A model generated the notes under the pieces. That model was not told the origin of the DNA and searched no databases. It was given only the letters and a program-made list of their open reading frames with translations. The position numbers and the translations under genes were made by a program. From Acutalibacteraceae bacterium (lineage in GTDB: Bacteria > Bacillota > Clostridia > Oscillospirales > Acutalibacteraceae): DNA of 64,000 nucleotides. The DNA is taken from NCBI GenBank assembly GCA_045641225.1, contig JAZUGP010000073.1:1142-65141 (forward strand), written 5' to 3'. Positions 9,862 through 19,831 of this stretch are shown in pieces. Position 1 is the first letter of the stretch. Every line of letters begins with the position of its first letter.

Positions 9862-11154
9862 GTGATGACATTGTCTTACACGGTGGTAAATCCCGCCAAG
9901 GGCGTAGAGGGATATTTTATTAAAAACACCCGTTTTAATACTACCCTTGTGTCCTTTAACTTTTATCTTCCGCTCAAAAGGGAAACGGTTGCGGCAAATG
10001 CGCTGTTGCCTTTTGTGCTCACTACCTGCTCAAAGGAGTATCCCGAGTTTTCGGCGCTTAACTTCAAATTAAGCAAGCTTTACGGTGCCGAGCTTGTGGC
10101 TTCAAGCGAAAAAGCGGGCGATTTTCAGCTTATTAAGGTAGGGATTTCGGTAATATCGGATAAGTATACTCTTGATAACGAGCAGCTCACAAGCGAGGCT
10201 TTAAAGCTCCTTTTGGGGTTGATATTCGAGCCTGCCGTGTCAAACGGCGAGTTTAACGCAGCCGATGTTGAACGTGAAAAGCGCAAGGCGGCAGAGCACA
10301 TTATGGGTGAGCTTGCCGAAAAGCGTACCTATGCCAAAAAGCGGCTTATTGAGGAAATGTATAAAAACGACCCCTACGGCATACCCAAGTGCGGTACGGT
10401 TGAGGATGTCCGCAAAATAGACGGTAAAATCCTTTATAAAACTTGGGAAAATATGCTTAAAACCGCGTATGTGAGGGTGAATGTGGTATCCTCCGAAATG
10501 CCCGAGGGACTCTTCACGGCGGTAAGTGACAGATTCTTAACGGTTGAACGCAGGGATATAACCGACTGCACCAAAATCGTTCCCACCCGTGTTTCGGCTT
10601 CGGTAAACCGTGTAGATGAGCAGATGTCGGTAACGCAGGGCAAGCTTGTTATGGGCTTTTCAAGCAAAATATCGGGCGGCGACCGCGAGTGTGCGGCGCT
10701 TACCGTTATGGCGGATATTTTCGGCGGCGGCACCTACTCAAAGCTGTTTATGAATGTGAGAGAAAAGCAGAGCCTTTGCTATTACTGTGCGGTAGGTACC
10801 GTTAAGGCAAAGGGACTTTTAACGGTAGACAGCGGTGTTTGCAAGGAAAATATGGAAAAAACCGAGCGGGCGATACTTAATCAGTTAAAGGCCATACAAA
10901 ACGGTGAAATCACCGATAATGAGTATGAATCGTCGCTCAAATCAATACTTGATTCATTTAAAACGTATAACGATTCACAAAGTCTGCTTGATATATGGTA
11001 TTCGCTTAAAATATCAGACGGCAGACCAATTACGGTAGAAGAACTTTCGGAGCTTATATCAAAGGTCACTAAGGAAGACGTGATAAACGCGGCAAGGGGA
11101 ATAATGCTGCACACGGTCTACAGACTCATTCCCGAGGATAAGGAGGCGGTTTAG
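9862..11154 (+). CDS. M16 (pitrilysin/insulinase) family protein, non-catalytic partner subunit (no HxxEH motif)
   Basis: The 430-aa protein has an M16-like fold pattern but lacks HxxEH. It is paired with the catalytic M16 gene downstream. The start is ambiguous (GTG 9862, ATG 9865 or TTG 9871). Confidence 0.8.
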   Translation: MMTLSYTVVNPAKGVEGYFIKNTRFNTTLVSFNFYLPLKRETVAANALLPFVLTTCSKEYPEFSALNFKLSKLYGAELVASSEKAGDFQLIKVGISVISDKYTLDNEQLTSEALKLLLGLIFEPAVSNGEFNAADVEREKRKAAEHIMGELAEKRTYAKKRLIEEMYKNDPYGIPKCGTVEDVRKIDGKILYKTWENMLKTAYVRVNVVSSEMPEGLFTAVSDRFLTVERRDITDCTKIVPTRVSASVNRVDEQMSVTQGKLVMGFSSKISGGDRECAALTVMADIFGGGTYSKLFMNVREKQSLCYYCAVGTVKAKGLLTVDSGVCKENMEKTERAILNQLKAIQNGEITDNEYESSLKSILDSFKTYNDSQSLLDIWYSLKISDGRPITVEELSELISKVTKEDVINAARGIMLHTVYRLIPEDKEAV

Positions 11155-12432
11155 TTGAAAAGACAGTATTTTGAATCGCCTTTCTCGGACGGATATTTAA
11201 AAGCCGTTCACGAATCGGGACTTGAAATCTATATAATGGAAAAACCGCAGTTTTCATCAAGCTACACCCTTTTCGGTACGAAATACGGCTCGATAGACAC
11301 TGCTTTTGCAACCGATAAAAGCGAGAAAATTACCGTTCCCGAGGGAATAGCGCATTTTCTTGAGCACAAGCTTTTTGAAAGCGAGGAGAGAGATGCCTTC
11401 GAGCGCTTTGCGGAAACGGGCGCCTCGGCAAATGCTTTCACCTCGTTTGACCGCACCTGCTATCTTTTTTCCTGTTCCGAGCGGTTTGATGAAAACCTTA
11501 AAATACTGATTGATTTTGTGCAGTCACCCTATTTTACCGAGCAAACGGTATCAAAAGAGCAGGGTATAATAGGGCAGGAAATAAGAATGTATGATGACAG
11601 CCCCGCATGGCGCGTTATGTTCAATATGCTTTCCGCCATGTATAAGGACCACCCCGTTCGCATCGATATTGCCGGAACGGTTGATTCAATAGCACAGATA
11701 ACGGCAGACCTGCTTTATAAATGCTATAACACCTTTTACAACCTCTCGAATATGTATATCTGCATAGCGGGAAATATTGATACCGAAAACACCTTAAGAC
11801 TTATCGAGGCGCAGCTTAAGCCCTGCGAAAAGCAGGAGATAATAAGATACGGTTACCCCGAAAACGAAAGGGTGCAAAAGCCGTATGTTGAGCAGTGTCT
11901 TCCCGTATCGCTGCCAATATTCAACCTTGGCTTTAAACGGAATATCCAGTCGGGCGAAGTGTCGCTTAAAGAAAAGGTTTGTATGGAGCTTTTGCTTGAA
12001 ATAATATGCGGAGAAAGCTCGCCGCTTTATGCAAGCCTTGTGAACGAAGGACTTATAAACGATGAGTTTTCAAGCGAATATTTCACGGGCCGCGGCTTTG
12101 CGGCGGTAATTATAAGCGGCGAGTCCACCGACCCCAAAAAGGTCGCTTCAAAAATTAAATCCCGTATATCAAAGCTTGCAGACGAGGGTATCGACAAAAA
12201 GCTTTTCTCGGCGGTAAAGTGCGAGCTTTACGGTGATGCCGTGCGCAGATACAACACGGTGGAGGGAAGCGCGATGCAGCTTGTGGACGGTGCCGTGAGC
12301 GGCTACGATATATTTGATGAAATCAAGATACTTAAGTCGGTAACGCCGGATGATGTTTTCCGCCACCTTGCGTATCTTGACTGCAATAATACCGTTTTAT
12401 CGGTAATAAAACCCGAGGAGGAACAAAAATGA
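11155..12432 (+). CDS. M16 family zinc metallopeptidase (catalytic subunit)
   Basis: It carries the inverted zinc motif HFLEH plus a downstream E. The TTG start has AAGGAGG 8 nt upstream. Confidence 0.9.
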   Translation: MKRQYFESPFSDGYLKAVHESGLEIYIMEKPQFSSSYTLFGTKYGSIDTAFATDKSEKITVPEGIAHFLEHKLFESEERDAFERFAETGASANAFTSFDRTCYLFSCSERFDENLKILIDFVQSPYFTEQTVSKEQGIIGQEIRMYDDSPAWRVMFNMLSAMYKDHPVRIDIAGTVDSIAQITADLLYKCYNTFYNLSNMYICIAGNIDTENTLRLIEAQLKPCEKQEIIRYGYPENERVQKPYVEQCLPVSLPIFNLGFKRNIQSGEVSLKEKVCMELLLEIICGESSPLYASLVNEGLINDEFSSEYFTGRGFAAVIISGESTDPKKVASKIKSRISKLADEGIDKKLFSAVKCELYGDAVRRYNTVEGSAMQLVDGAVSGYDIFDEIKILKSVTPDDVFRHLAYLDCNNTVLSVIKPEEEQK

Positions 12433-13406
12433 TTTACAACGTAACTATTTTCGGCATTCATTTAAAGCTTAATCCCGTGGCATTCACCCTGCCGATAGGC
12501 GAAAACGGGTGGGATGTTTACTGGTACGGTATTATTATCGCACTGGGCTTTTTGCTCGCGATAATATATGCTTACAGAAATGCAAAAAGGTACGGCATAG
12601 ATGTTGACCGCATGCTTGATGTTATACTTGTTACAACGCCGCTCGCGATACTTTGCGCGCGTACATATTATGTTGTATTTGACCCTTACAGCACGGTTGA
12701 CGGAATTAAGGATTTCTTCGGTCTCGGCTCAGGCTCGGGTGTTTCGGGACTCGCTATCTACGGCGGAGTGATAGGCGCCGTTTTGGTGGGCGGTATAATG
12801 TGTCTTTTAAGAAAGGTGAAAATCCTTGATATGTATGACCTTGCCGCCACAGGTTTTCTGCTTGCGCAGGGCATAGGCAGATGGGGCAACTTTGTAAATC
12901 AGGAAGCATTCGGCGGCCGTACCGGAAGCACATTCTGGGGAATGTCGAGCGAAAACACGATATACGAGGTGGGCTACGGACTCGTTCACCCCTGCTTCCT
13001 TTATGAGTCGGTATGGTGTATCGCGGGCTTTTTTGTACTTAACGCGGTATCCAAAAAACGCAAGTTCAGCGGTGAGATAGCATTGCTTTACGGTGTTTGG
13101 TACGGCTTTGGCAGAGCCATAATCGAGATGCTGCGTACCGACAGTCTGATGATAGGCGAGCTTAAGGTTTCGGTACTGCTTTCGGTGTTGCTTTTTGTGG
13201 CTTGCGGTATTACGCTTATTGCCATGCTCTCACGCTATAAATCCGATAAAACCGGAACGGAATATGTTGGTATGTTCGGGGATATAACAGAGGATAACGA
13301 ACAGCCCGAGGAGGATAATTCCGATATATCGGAGAATGTTGAAGACAGCGAGGGCACGGCTGAGGAAACAAAAGACGAAGGAGAAAACGGAAATGACGTT
13401 GATTGA
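12429..13406 (+). CDS. lgt: Phosphatidylglycerol--prolipoprotein diacylglyceryl transferase
   Basis: It has the GRWGNFVNQEAFG signature and a polytopic profile. ATGA overlaps the preceding stop. The C-terminal tail is acidic. Confidence 0.95.
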   Translation: MIYNVTIFGIHLKLNPVAFTLPIGENGWDVYWYGIIIALGFLLAIIYAYRNAKRYGIDVDRMLDVILVTTPLAILCARTYYVVFDPYSTVDGIKDFFGLGSGSGVSGLAIYGGVIGAVLVGGIMCLLRKVKILDMYDLAATGFLLAQGIGRWGNFVNQEAFGGRTGSTFWGMSSENTIYEVGYGLVHPCFLYESVWCIAGFFVLNAVSKKRKFSGEIALLYGVWYGFGRAIIEMLRTDSLMIGELKVSVLLSVLLFVACGITLIAMLSRYKSDKTGTEYVGMFGDITEDNEQPEEDNSDISENVEDSEGTAEETKDEGENGNDVD

Positions 13407-14226
13407 CGGTAAAACCGTATCGGCAAGCGTTAAACAAAAGGTTGCCGAGGAGATAAAGTCAAGCGGTATAAATGTGGGACTTGCGGTTATTCTCGTTGGT
13501 GAAAATCCGGCTTCAAAGATTTATGTTGCCAATAAGAAAAAGGCCTGTGAGGCTGTGGGAATAAACTCCTATGAGTATCTTTTACCCGAAAGCACCTCCG
13601 AAGACGAACTCCTCGCACTTATCTCAAAGCTTAACGCGGATAAGAATGTAAACGGTATTTTATGCCAGTTGCCTTTGCCTCCACACATAAACGAAAAGGC
13701 GGTAATAGCCGCCATTTCTCCCGATAAGGATGTAGATGCCTTTCACCCCGTAAACGTGGGTAAAATAATGATAGGCGATTATGACTTTTTGCCCTGCACA
13801 CCCGCGGGTGTTATGGAGATGTTAAACTACTACGGTATAAATCCCGAGGGTAAAAGCTGTGTGGTGATAGGCAGGTCAAATATAGTAGGAAAGCCTATGG
13901 CAATGCTGCTTATGCACAAAAACGGCACCGTTACGGTATGCCATTCAAAAACAAAAAATCTGTCCGAGATAACCGCGCGTGCGGATATTCTCGTTGCGGC
14001 GGTGGGCAAGGCAAAATTCGTTACCGCCGATATGGTAAAAGAGGGTGCCGTTGTTATAGACGTGGGTATGAACCGCGATAACGGAAAGCTTTGCGGCGAT
14101 GTTGATTTTGAAAACGTAGCCGAAAAAACCTCATATATAACTCCGGTGCCGGGCGGTGTGGGGCCCATGACCATTGCAATTCTTATGAAAAACACACTTA
14201 CCGCAGCAAAGAAACAAAACAGGTAA
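13393..14226 (+). CDS. folD: Bifunctional methylenetetrahydrofolate dehydrogenase/methenyl-THF cyclohydrolase
   Basis: It reads MTLIDGKTVSA...GILCQLPLP...PVPGGVGPMTIA. The ATG at 13393 is preceded by GAAGGAG, so the 19 upstream codons in the track ORF are rejected. Confidence 0.95.
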   Translation: MTLIDGKTVSASVKQKVAEEIKSSGINVGLAVILVGENPASKIYVANKKKACEAVGINSYEYLLPESTSEDELLALISKLNADKNVNGILCQLPLPPHINEKAVIAAISPDKDVDAFHPVNVGKIMIGDYDFLPCTPAGVMEMLNYYGINPEGKSCVVIGRSNIVGKPMAMLLMHKNGTVTVCHSKTKNLSEITARADILVAAVGKAKFVTADMVKEGAVVIDVGMNRDNGKLCGDVDFENVAEKTSYITPVPGGVGPMTIAILMKNTLTAAKKQNR

Positions 14227-14344
14227 GAAAAGGTGAACCTTCCGTAAGGCTTTACGGTGGTTTTGCGGTTTGCTTTTGCAAGCATTAAAAAACTTGCCGG
14301 CAATAAAACGAAAATGCCCGCCGAATGAAAAAATAAAAAAAATC

Positions 14345-14373
14345 TTGCAATTTTTTTGCCTTTGTGATAATAT
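14345..14373 (+). promoter_or_regulatory. rpsT promoter
   Basis: It reads TTGCAA, a 17-nt spacer, then TAATAT, with TG at -15/-14. Confidence 0.6.
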
Positions 14374-14411
14374 ATGTTTTACTGTGAATAAATGTTTTGG
14401 GAGGTGTCACT

Positions 14412-14672
14412 ATGCCTAATATCAAATCTGCAAAAAAGCGCGTAATGGTAAGCACTGCTAATTATGAGCGCAACAAAGCGTGCCGCTCCGACCTTCGTAC
14501 TGCTATCAAAAAGGCGGATGCTGCAATAGATGCGAAAGCACCTGAGGCGGCTGATACCGTGAAAGTTGCAGTTTCCAAGATCGATAAGGCTGCCGTTAAG
14601 GGCATTATTCATAAGAATAACGCAGCAAGAAAGAAATCTGCTCTTATGAACAAGCTTAATGCAAACGGCTGA
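14412..14672 (+). CDS. rpsT: 30S ribosomal protein S20
   Basis: It begins MPNIKSAKKRVMVS. GGGAGG lies 7 nt upstream of the ATG at 14412. Confidence 0.95.
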   Translation: MPNIKSAKKRVMVSTANYERNKACRSDLRTAIKKADAAIDAKAPEAADTVKVAVSKIDKAAVKGIIHKNNAARKKSALMNKLNANG

Positions 14673-14689
14673 TTATTTTGCAAAGCATA

Positions 14690-14721
14690 AAATCCGCACG
14701 GAATAACGTGCGGATTTTTTC
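14690..14721 (+). terminator. rpsT terminator
   Basis: atccgcacg pairs with cgtgcggat, followed by TTTTTT. Confidence 0.85.
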
Positions 14722-14732
14722 ATACTTAATTT

Positions 14733-14800
14733 ATGTTATAATTGATAACATATTATTTTAACATTGTTTGGGTTATAATGTTAGTGAGGTGAATATGTTA
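14733..14800. promoter_or_regulatory. Array of five ATGTTA/TAACAT half-sites spanning the promoter and RBS of the RHH gene (putative operator)
   Basis: ATGTTA occurs at 14733, 14778 and 14795, and TAACAT at 14746 and 14759. The sites form the inverted repeats ATGTTAT-n5-ATAACAT and TAACATT-n11-AATGTTA around TATAAT (14774-14779). Confidence 0.45.
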
Positions 14801-14988
14801 TGCAGGAAAAACTTGTTATAAGGCCTAAAAACTTAAAGGGTGAGGACGGATATAAGACCTTTTCGGTAAGGGTTAAAAACGATACGGTAAAGTCACTTGA
14901 CGACCTCGCCAAAAAAACCGGCAGATCAAGAAACGAGCTTATAAATGTGTTGCTCGATTTTTCGATCAAAAACTGCGTTGTAAAATAA
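14800..14988 (+). CDS. Ribbon-helix-helix (CopG/Arc-like) DNA-binding protein
   Basis: The 62-aa product has a beta-strand KTFSVRVKNDTV followed by helices SLDDLAKKTGRSRNELINVLL. A GTGAGGTG RBS is present. Confidence 0.72.
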   Translation: MQEKLVIRPKNLKGEDGYKTFSVRVKNDTVKSLDDLAKKTGRSRNELINVLLDFSIKNCVVK

Positions 14989-14993
14989 ATCCG

Positions 14994-15353
14994 TTACGGG
15001 TTGCAGTTTTGACAGGGTGCGTAGCCCTCGCTTACAAGCTTTGCACGGTTAGTATCGGTCAAAAGATTTTCTTTTGATATTGTTTTCGCATACCGGCAGT
15101 CCTCTGTGTGAAACTTTTTGCTTGAGGTGTTTGCGTAATAAACGGTACCCGATTGGGACGGCTTTGAGCCTTCAAAGCTTTGGTATCCCTCTTGGCGGTA
15201 GCCGTTTACACTGCCGCTGTCGTCCGTCAAAACCGTGACCTCTTTTGCCGGAACGGTTTTTTGGTTGCCGCTGGTTTCCTTTTTTCGGCAGGAGCAGGCA
15301 AAAAGCAAAGCTGCGGTTATCAGCAGTAATAAAATAAATCTTTTCATAATCAA
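14994..15353 (-). CDS. Small lipoprotein with a C-terminal Ada-like HC...C..C zinc-ribbon motif
   Basis: It has a signal peptide with the lipobox LLFAC. The C-terminus reads KKFHTEDCRYAKT...GYAPCQNCNP. Confidence 0.72.
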   Translation of the reverse strand: MIMKRFILLLLITAALLFACSCRKKETSGNQKTVPAKEVTVLTDDSGSVNGYRQEGYQSFEGSKPSQSGTVYYANTSSKKFHTEDCRYAKTISKENLLTDTNRAKLVSEGYAPCQNCNP

Positions 15354-15436
15354 AGCCTTTACATTGATTTATTGCAACAGCGACATTATATTACAACATT
15401 TTACATATTACAAGTTATTTTTTAAGGGGTGAAAAT

Positions 15437-17260
15437 GTGGATACCGACAGCGTTAACGAAAAACTTGCCGAGCTTAAAGCAAAGGCCAACCGCCTGCCGC
15501 TTGAAGCGGGTGTTTATATAATGAAAAACAAGGCGGGAGAGATAATATACATCGGCAAGGCAAAGGCGCTTAAAAACCGCGTAACACAGTATTTCGGTGC
15601 GGGAAATCAGCACACCGAAAAGGTGCGCAAAATGGTATCAAACGTTTTTGATTTTGAGTATATAATATGCGACAGCGAGTTTGAAGCGCTTATGCTTGAA
15701 AACTCTTTGATAAAGCAAAATCAACCCAAATACAATATTCTTTTAAAGGACGATAAGGGCTATCACTATATAAAAATCACCGATGAAAAATGGAAGAAAA
15801 TCACCACCGCGAACACGGTAAGCGATAAGGCGGAGTATATCGGACCGTATTATTCATCTTATGTTGTAAAGGATACTGTGGAGCAGGTGCGAAAGATATT
15901 CAAGCTTCCCGATTGCAACAGAAGCTTCGATAAGCCCTCAAAGCCCTGCCTTAACTATCACATAGGTCTTTGTGATGCACCCTGCCGCGGCAGGATTAAG
16001 TATTCGGATTATATCGAAACGGTGGAGAGCGCAAAGGATTTTATAAAGCAGGGCAACACATCAGATACACTTAAAACACTTACCGCACAAATGGAAAAAG
16101 CGGCCGATAATCTGGAGTTTGAATATGCCGCAAAGCTTCGCGACCGCGTAAACGCCATAAAAAAACTGAGTGAAAAGCAAAAGGTGGTTATGAGCGGATA
16201 TAATTCGCAGGATGTTTTCGCGGCGGCTTTTTCGGGAGAGTCGGCATGCGTGAGTGTACTTGTTTTCAGGAACCGTATGCTTGTTAATAAAAAACACTTT
16301 TTTGTTGATGGCATAACCGACCGCGCCGCGCTTTACAGTGAGTTTTTAGGGCAGTATTATCTTGATAATACCGATATTCCGCCCCGTATTCTTACAGATG
16401 GCGAGGCGGACGGTAAGGAACTTATAGAGCAGTATCTTTCAAAAAAAGCGGGAAGAAAGGTAACCCTCATCACGCCCAAGGCGGGAGAGCCTAAAAAAAC
16501 GGTGGAGATGTGCCGCAACAACGCGGCGGATAACCTTGCGGGCCGCTATAAGCACACCGGCAGGGAAACCTCGGCACTTAACGAGCTTGCCGTACTTTTA
16601 GGGCTTGAAGCTGTGCCGCAGTATATCGAGTCCTACGATATATCCAACACCGCGGGCGATGAAAACGTTGCAGCGAGAATAGTGTTTAAAAACGGCAAAC
16701 CCTATAAACCGGATTACCGCAAGTTTAAGATAAAAAGCTTTGTCGGGCAGGACGATTACCGTTCCATGGCGGAGGTGCTCGACCGCAGGTTCAACGAATA
16801 CGAAAAGGGTGAGGACGCGGGCTTTTCCACACTGCCCGACCTGATATTGCTTGACGGCGGCGCGGGGCAGATTTCCGCCGTAAAACCGATACTTGCGGCG
16901 CATAATATTAACGTGCCGCTTTTCGGTATGGTAAAGGATTCAAAGCACCGCACCCGCGCTATCGCGGCGGACGGCGGCAATATAGCAATAAAGGCAAACC
17001 GCAGGGCATACACACTTGTTACCGAGATTCAGGACGAGGTGCACCGCTTTGCGATATCCTACCACCGCAAGCGCCGCAGTAAAAAGATGCTCGGCTCTGA
17101 GCTTTTGAACATAGGGGGTGTGGGCGAATCGCGTGCGGCGGCACTCTTTAAGCATTTTAAAAGCATCAAGGCTATAAAAGAAGCATCGGTAAGTGAGCTT
17201 GCCGCGGTAGGCGGAATAACCCGTACCGTTGCCGAGAAAATATATAAATATTATCATTAA
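15437..17260 (+). CDS. uvrC: Excinuclease ABC subunit C
   Basis: It has a GIY-YIG N-terminus (GVYIMKN...IIYIGKAKALKNRV), a UVR domain, an Endo V-like domain and a C-terminal HhH2. The start is GTG. Confidence 0.97.
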   Translation: MDTDSVNEKLAELKAKANRLPLEAGVYIMKNKAGEIIYIGKAKALKNRVTQYFGAGNQHTEKVRKMVSNVFDFEYIICDSEFEALMLENSLIKQNQPKYNILLKDDKGYHYIKITDEKWKKITTANTVSDKAEYIGPYYSSYVVKDTVEQVRKIFKLPDCNRSFDKPSKPCLNYHIGLCDAPCRGRIKYSDYIETVESAKDFIKQGNTSDTLKTLTAQMEKAADNLEFEYAAKLRDRVNAIKKLSEKQKVVMSGYNSQDVFAAAFSGESACVSVLVFRNRMLVNKKHFFVDGITDRAALYSEFLGQYYLDNTDIPPRILTDGEADGKELIEQYLSKKAGRKVTLITPKAGEPKKTVEMCRNNAADNLAGRYKHTGRETSALNELAVLLGLEAVPQYIESYDISNTAGDENVAARIVFKNGKPYKPDYRKFKIKSFVGQDDYRSMAEVLDRRFNEYEKGEDAGFSTLPDLILLDGGAGQISAVKPILAAHNINVPLFGMVKDSKHRTRAIAADGGNIAIKANRRAYTLVTEIQDEVHRFAISYHRKRRSKKMLGSELLNIGGVGESRAAALFKHFKSIKAIKEASVSELAAVGGITRTVAEKIYKYYH

Positions 17261-17311
17261 ACAGTTGCCAAAAGCTTTATGATTTGGTAAAATATATAAA
17301 AGAAAGGTCAA

Positions 17312-17914
17312 GTGATATTTATGTCTTTAATGCAAACCGCTCTGCCGGGTGAAAACGACCTCGTTGCCGTTATGCACACTAATATGGGCGATATTAAAAT
17401 CAAACTTTTTAAGGATATAACCGTTAAAACGGTCGAAAACTTTGTAGCACACGCAAAAAACGGCTATTATAACGGCCTTATATTCCATAGGGTAATAAAG
17501 GACTTTATGATACAGGGCGGCGACCCCACCGGAACGGGCTGTGGCGGCGAGTCGATATGGGGCGAAAGCTTTAAGGATGAGTTCAGCGTTGAGCTGCACA
17601 ACCTCCGCGGCGCGCTTTGTATGGCAAACGCGGGGCCCAACACAAACGGCAGTCAGTTCTTTATCGTTCAGGCAAAAGAGGTTCCCGCGAATATGATTTC
17701 GCAGATGGAGACCATGCCCGATAGCTTTCCGCCCGAAACGGTAACTGCTTATAAGGAAATGGGCGGCACACCGTGGCTTGATTTCCGTCATACCGTTTTC
17801 GGTCAGGTTTTCGAGGGTATGGAAACGGTAGATGCCATTGCATCGGTAAAAACCGGCGCGGCGGACAAACCCGTCAGTGACGTTAAAATCGAAACTATCG
17901 AAATTATTGAATAA
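17312..17914 (+). CDS. ppiB: Cyclophilin-type peptidyl-prolyl cis-trans isomerase
   Basis: It shows [15 protein letters not shown] and GSQFFIV motifs. The start is either GTG 17312 or ATG 17321. Confidence 0.93.
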   Translation: MIFMSLMQTALPGENDLVAVMHTNMGDIKIKLFKDITVKTVENFVAHAKNGYYNGLIFHRVIKDFMIQGGDPTGTGCGGESIWGESFKDEFSVELHNLRGALCMANAGPNTNGSQFFIVQAKEVPANMISQMETMPDSFPPETVTAYKEMGGTPWLDFRHTVFGQVFEGMETVDAIASVKTGAADKPVSDVKIETIEIIE

Positions 17915-17926
17915 GGGGATTTTATT

Positions 17927-18808
17927 ATGAAAGGCATTATTCTTGCAGGCGGCAGCGGAACAAGACTTTATCCGCTTACCATGGTCACTTCAAAACAGTT
18001 GCTTCCGGTTTACGATAAGCCGATGATTTACTATCCGATTTCAATGCTTATGCTCGCCGGAATAAGAGATATACTCATTATTTCCACACCCACGGACCTG
18101 CCGAACTTCGAGCGTCTGCTCGGTGACGGCTCAAATTACGGCATAAATCTTTCGTATGAGGTTCAGCCTTCACCGGACGGTCTTGCGCAGGCATTTTTAA
18201 TAGGCGAAAAGTTTATAAACGGCGATAGCTGTGCCATGGTGCTCGGCGATAATATTTTTTACGGTGCAGGTCTTAAAAAGCATCTTCGCGAGGCGGCATC
18301 AAGAGAGCACGGAGCCACCATTTTCGGCTATTATGTTGATGACCCCGAGAGGTTCGGTATAGTTGAGTTCGATGAGAACGGCAAGGTAGTTTCCATAGAA
18401 GAAAAACCGAAAAATCCCAAGTCAAACTACTGCATAACGGGACTTTATTTCTACGATAACCGCGTGGTTGAGCTTGCAAAGAAGGTCAAGCCCTCCGCAA
18501 GAGGCGAGCTTGAGATAACCGACCTCAACCGTATGTATCTTGAGGAAGGCACGCTTAATGTTGTCACCTTAGGCCGTGGCAACGCATGGCTTGATACCGG
18601 CACTATGGACGCGCTTGCCGATGCCACCGAGTTTGTTAAGGTTATGGAAAAACGTCAGGGTATACAGATTTCCGCTATTGAAGAAATCGCCTATGTAAAC
18701 GGCTGGATAACCCGCGAAAAGCTCATTGAGTCTGCCGAGAAATACGGTAAATCGCCCTACGGCGCACACCTTAAGAAGGTTGCCGAAGGTAAGTTAAAGC
18801 TTGTATGA
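17927..18808 (+). CDS. rfbA: Glucose-1-phosphate thymidylyltransferase
   Basis: It begins [18 protein letters not shown], and RmlA-like sequence continues to the end. Confidence 0.95.
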   Translation: MKGIILAGGSGTRLYPLTMVTSKQLLPVYDKPMIYYPISMLMLAGIRDILIISTPTDLPNFERLLGDGSNYGINLSYEVQPSPDGLAQAFLIGEKFINGDSCAMVLGDNIFYGAGLKKHLREAASREHGATIFGYYVDDPERFGIVEFDENGKVVSIEEKPKNPKSNYCITGLYFYDNRVVELAKKVKPSARGELEITDLNRMYLEEGTLNVVTLGRGNAWLDTGTMDALADATEFVKVMEKRQGIQISAIEEIAYVNGWITREKLIESAEKYGKSPYGAHLKKVAEGKLKLV

Positions 18809-19728
18809 TAACGGTTTTGCTCGCAACCTATAACGGTGAAAGCTATATAAGAGAACAGCTTGATTCACTGCTTGAGCAGTCCTATAAGGATTTTAAAATA
18901 CTTGTGAGTGATGACGGGTCAAAGGATAACACCTTATCCGTCTTGTCGGAGTATGTAAAAAAATATCCCGATAAGATTTCGCTTCTCGGCGGTGGGAGTA
19001 CCGGCAGCGCAAAAAACAACTTTATGAAGCTGCTTAAAAGTTGTGACAGCGAATACGTTATGTTCTGCGATCAGGATGATTACTGGAAAAAGGATAAAAT
19101 AGAAAAAACCTATGAAAAAATGCTCGAAACCGAGCGGAAATTCGGCAACATACCGATACTTATACACACAAATCTTTCGGTTGCGGACCGCGATTTAAAG
19201 GTTATTTCAAACTCCTTTTTCGATTTTCAGCGCATATCACCCGATTTTAACAGCTTGAACAATGTGCTTGTGCAGAATAATGTTACGGGCTGTACCGCCA
19301 TGATAAACCATCCGCTTTTATATGAGGTAAAAAAGCACACACCCAAAGAGTTTACCATGCACGATTGGTGGCTTAATCTTGTGGCAACCGTCACGGGTAA
19401 GGTGGACTATATAACCGAGTCTACAATGCTTTACCGTCAGCATGGCGATAATCAGGTGGGCGCAAAAAAAGCCACAGGTGTGCAATTTGTTGCAAACAAA
19501 ATTAAAAACCGTAATAAGACGGCACAGAATTACAAGGATTCTTTTTCGCAGGCGGAAAGTTTGCTTTGTTGCTACGGTGATGTTATGACCGACGCTCAAA
19601 AGCAAACGGTAACGGCCTTTATAAGCCTTAGGGCGGGTAGCCGCCTTTCAAAAATCAAAACCATAAGAAAATACGGCTTCAAGAAGAATACACTGCTTCG
19701 AACGGTAGGTCAGTATTTTTCAATTTAG
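18805..19728 (+). CDS. Family 2 glycosyltransferase (rhamnosyltransferase-like)
   Basis: It has GT-A motifs DDGSKDNT and CDQDD. ATGA overlaps the rfbA stop. Confidence 0.85.
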   Translation: MITVLLATYNGESYIREQLDSLLEQSYKDFKILVSDDGSKDNTLSVLSEYVKKYPDKISLLGGGSTGSAKNNFMKLLKSCDSEYVMFCDQDDYWKKDKIEKTYEKMLETERKFGNIPILIHTNLSVADRDLKVISNSFFDFQRISPDFNSLNNVLVQNNVTGCTAMINHPLLYEVKKHTPKEFTMHDWWLNLVATVTGKVDYITESTMLYRQHGDNQVGAKKATGVQFVANKIKNRNKTAQNYKDSFSQAESLLCCYGDVMTDAQKQTVTAFISLRAGSRLSKIKTIRKYGFKKNTLLRTVGQYFSI

Positions 19729-19831
19729 TTTAAAGGGAGAGGCATTTTTTATTAAAATATGTCTTTCCCGTTTTTAATGTACCGAAAACGTCACTTTGAT
19801 TTTTATATAATAGTAGCGAAAGGGTGATATT

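Noticed and set aside
13336-13392. An upstream extension of folD (MLKTARARLRKQKTKEKTE)
   Set aside because: It is an out-of-frame read-through of the lgt acidic-tail coding region. The ATG at 13393 has a GAAGGAG RBS and matches the usual FolD N-terminus.
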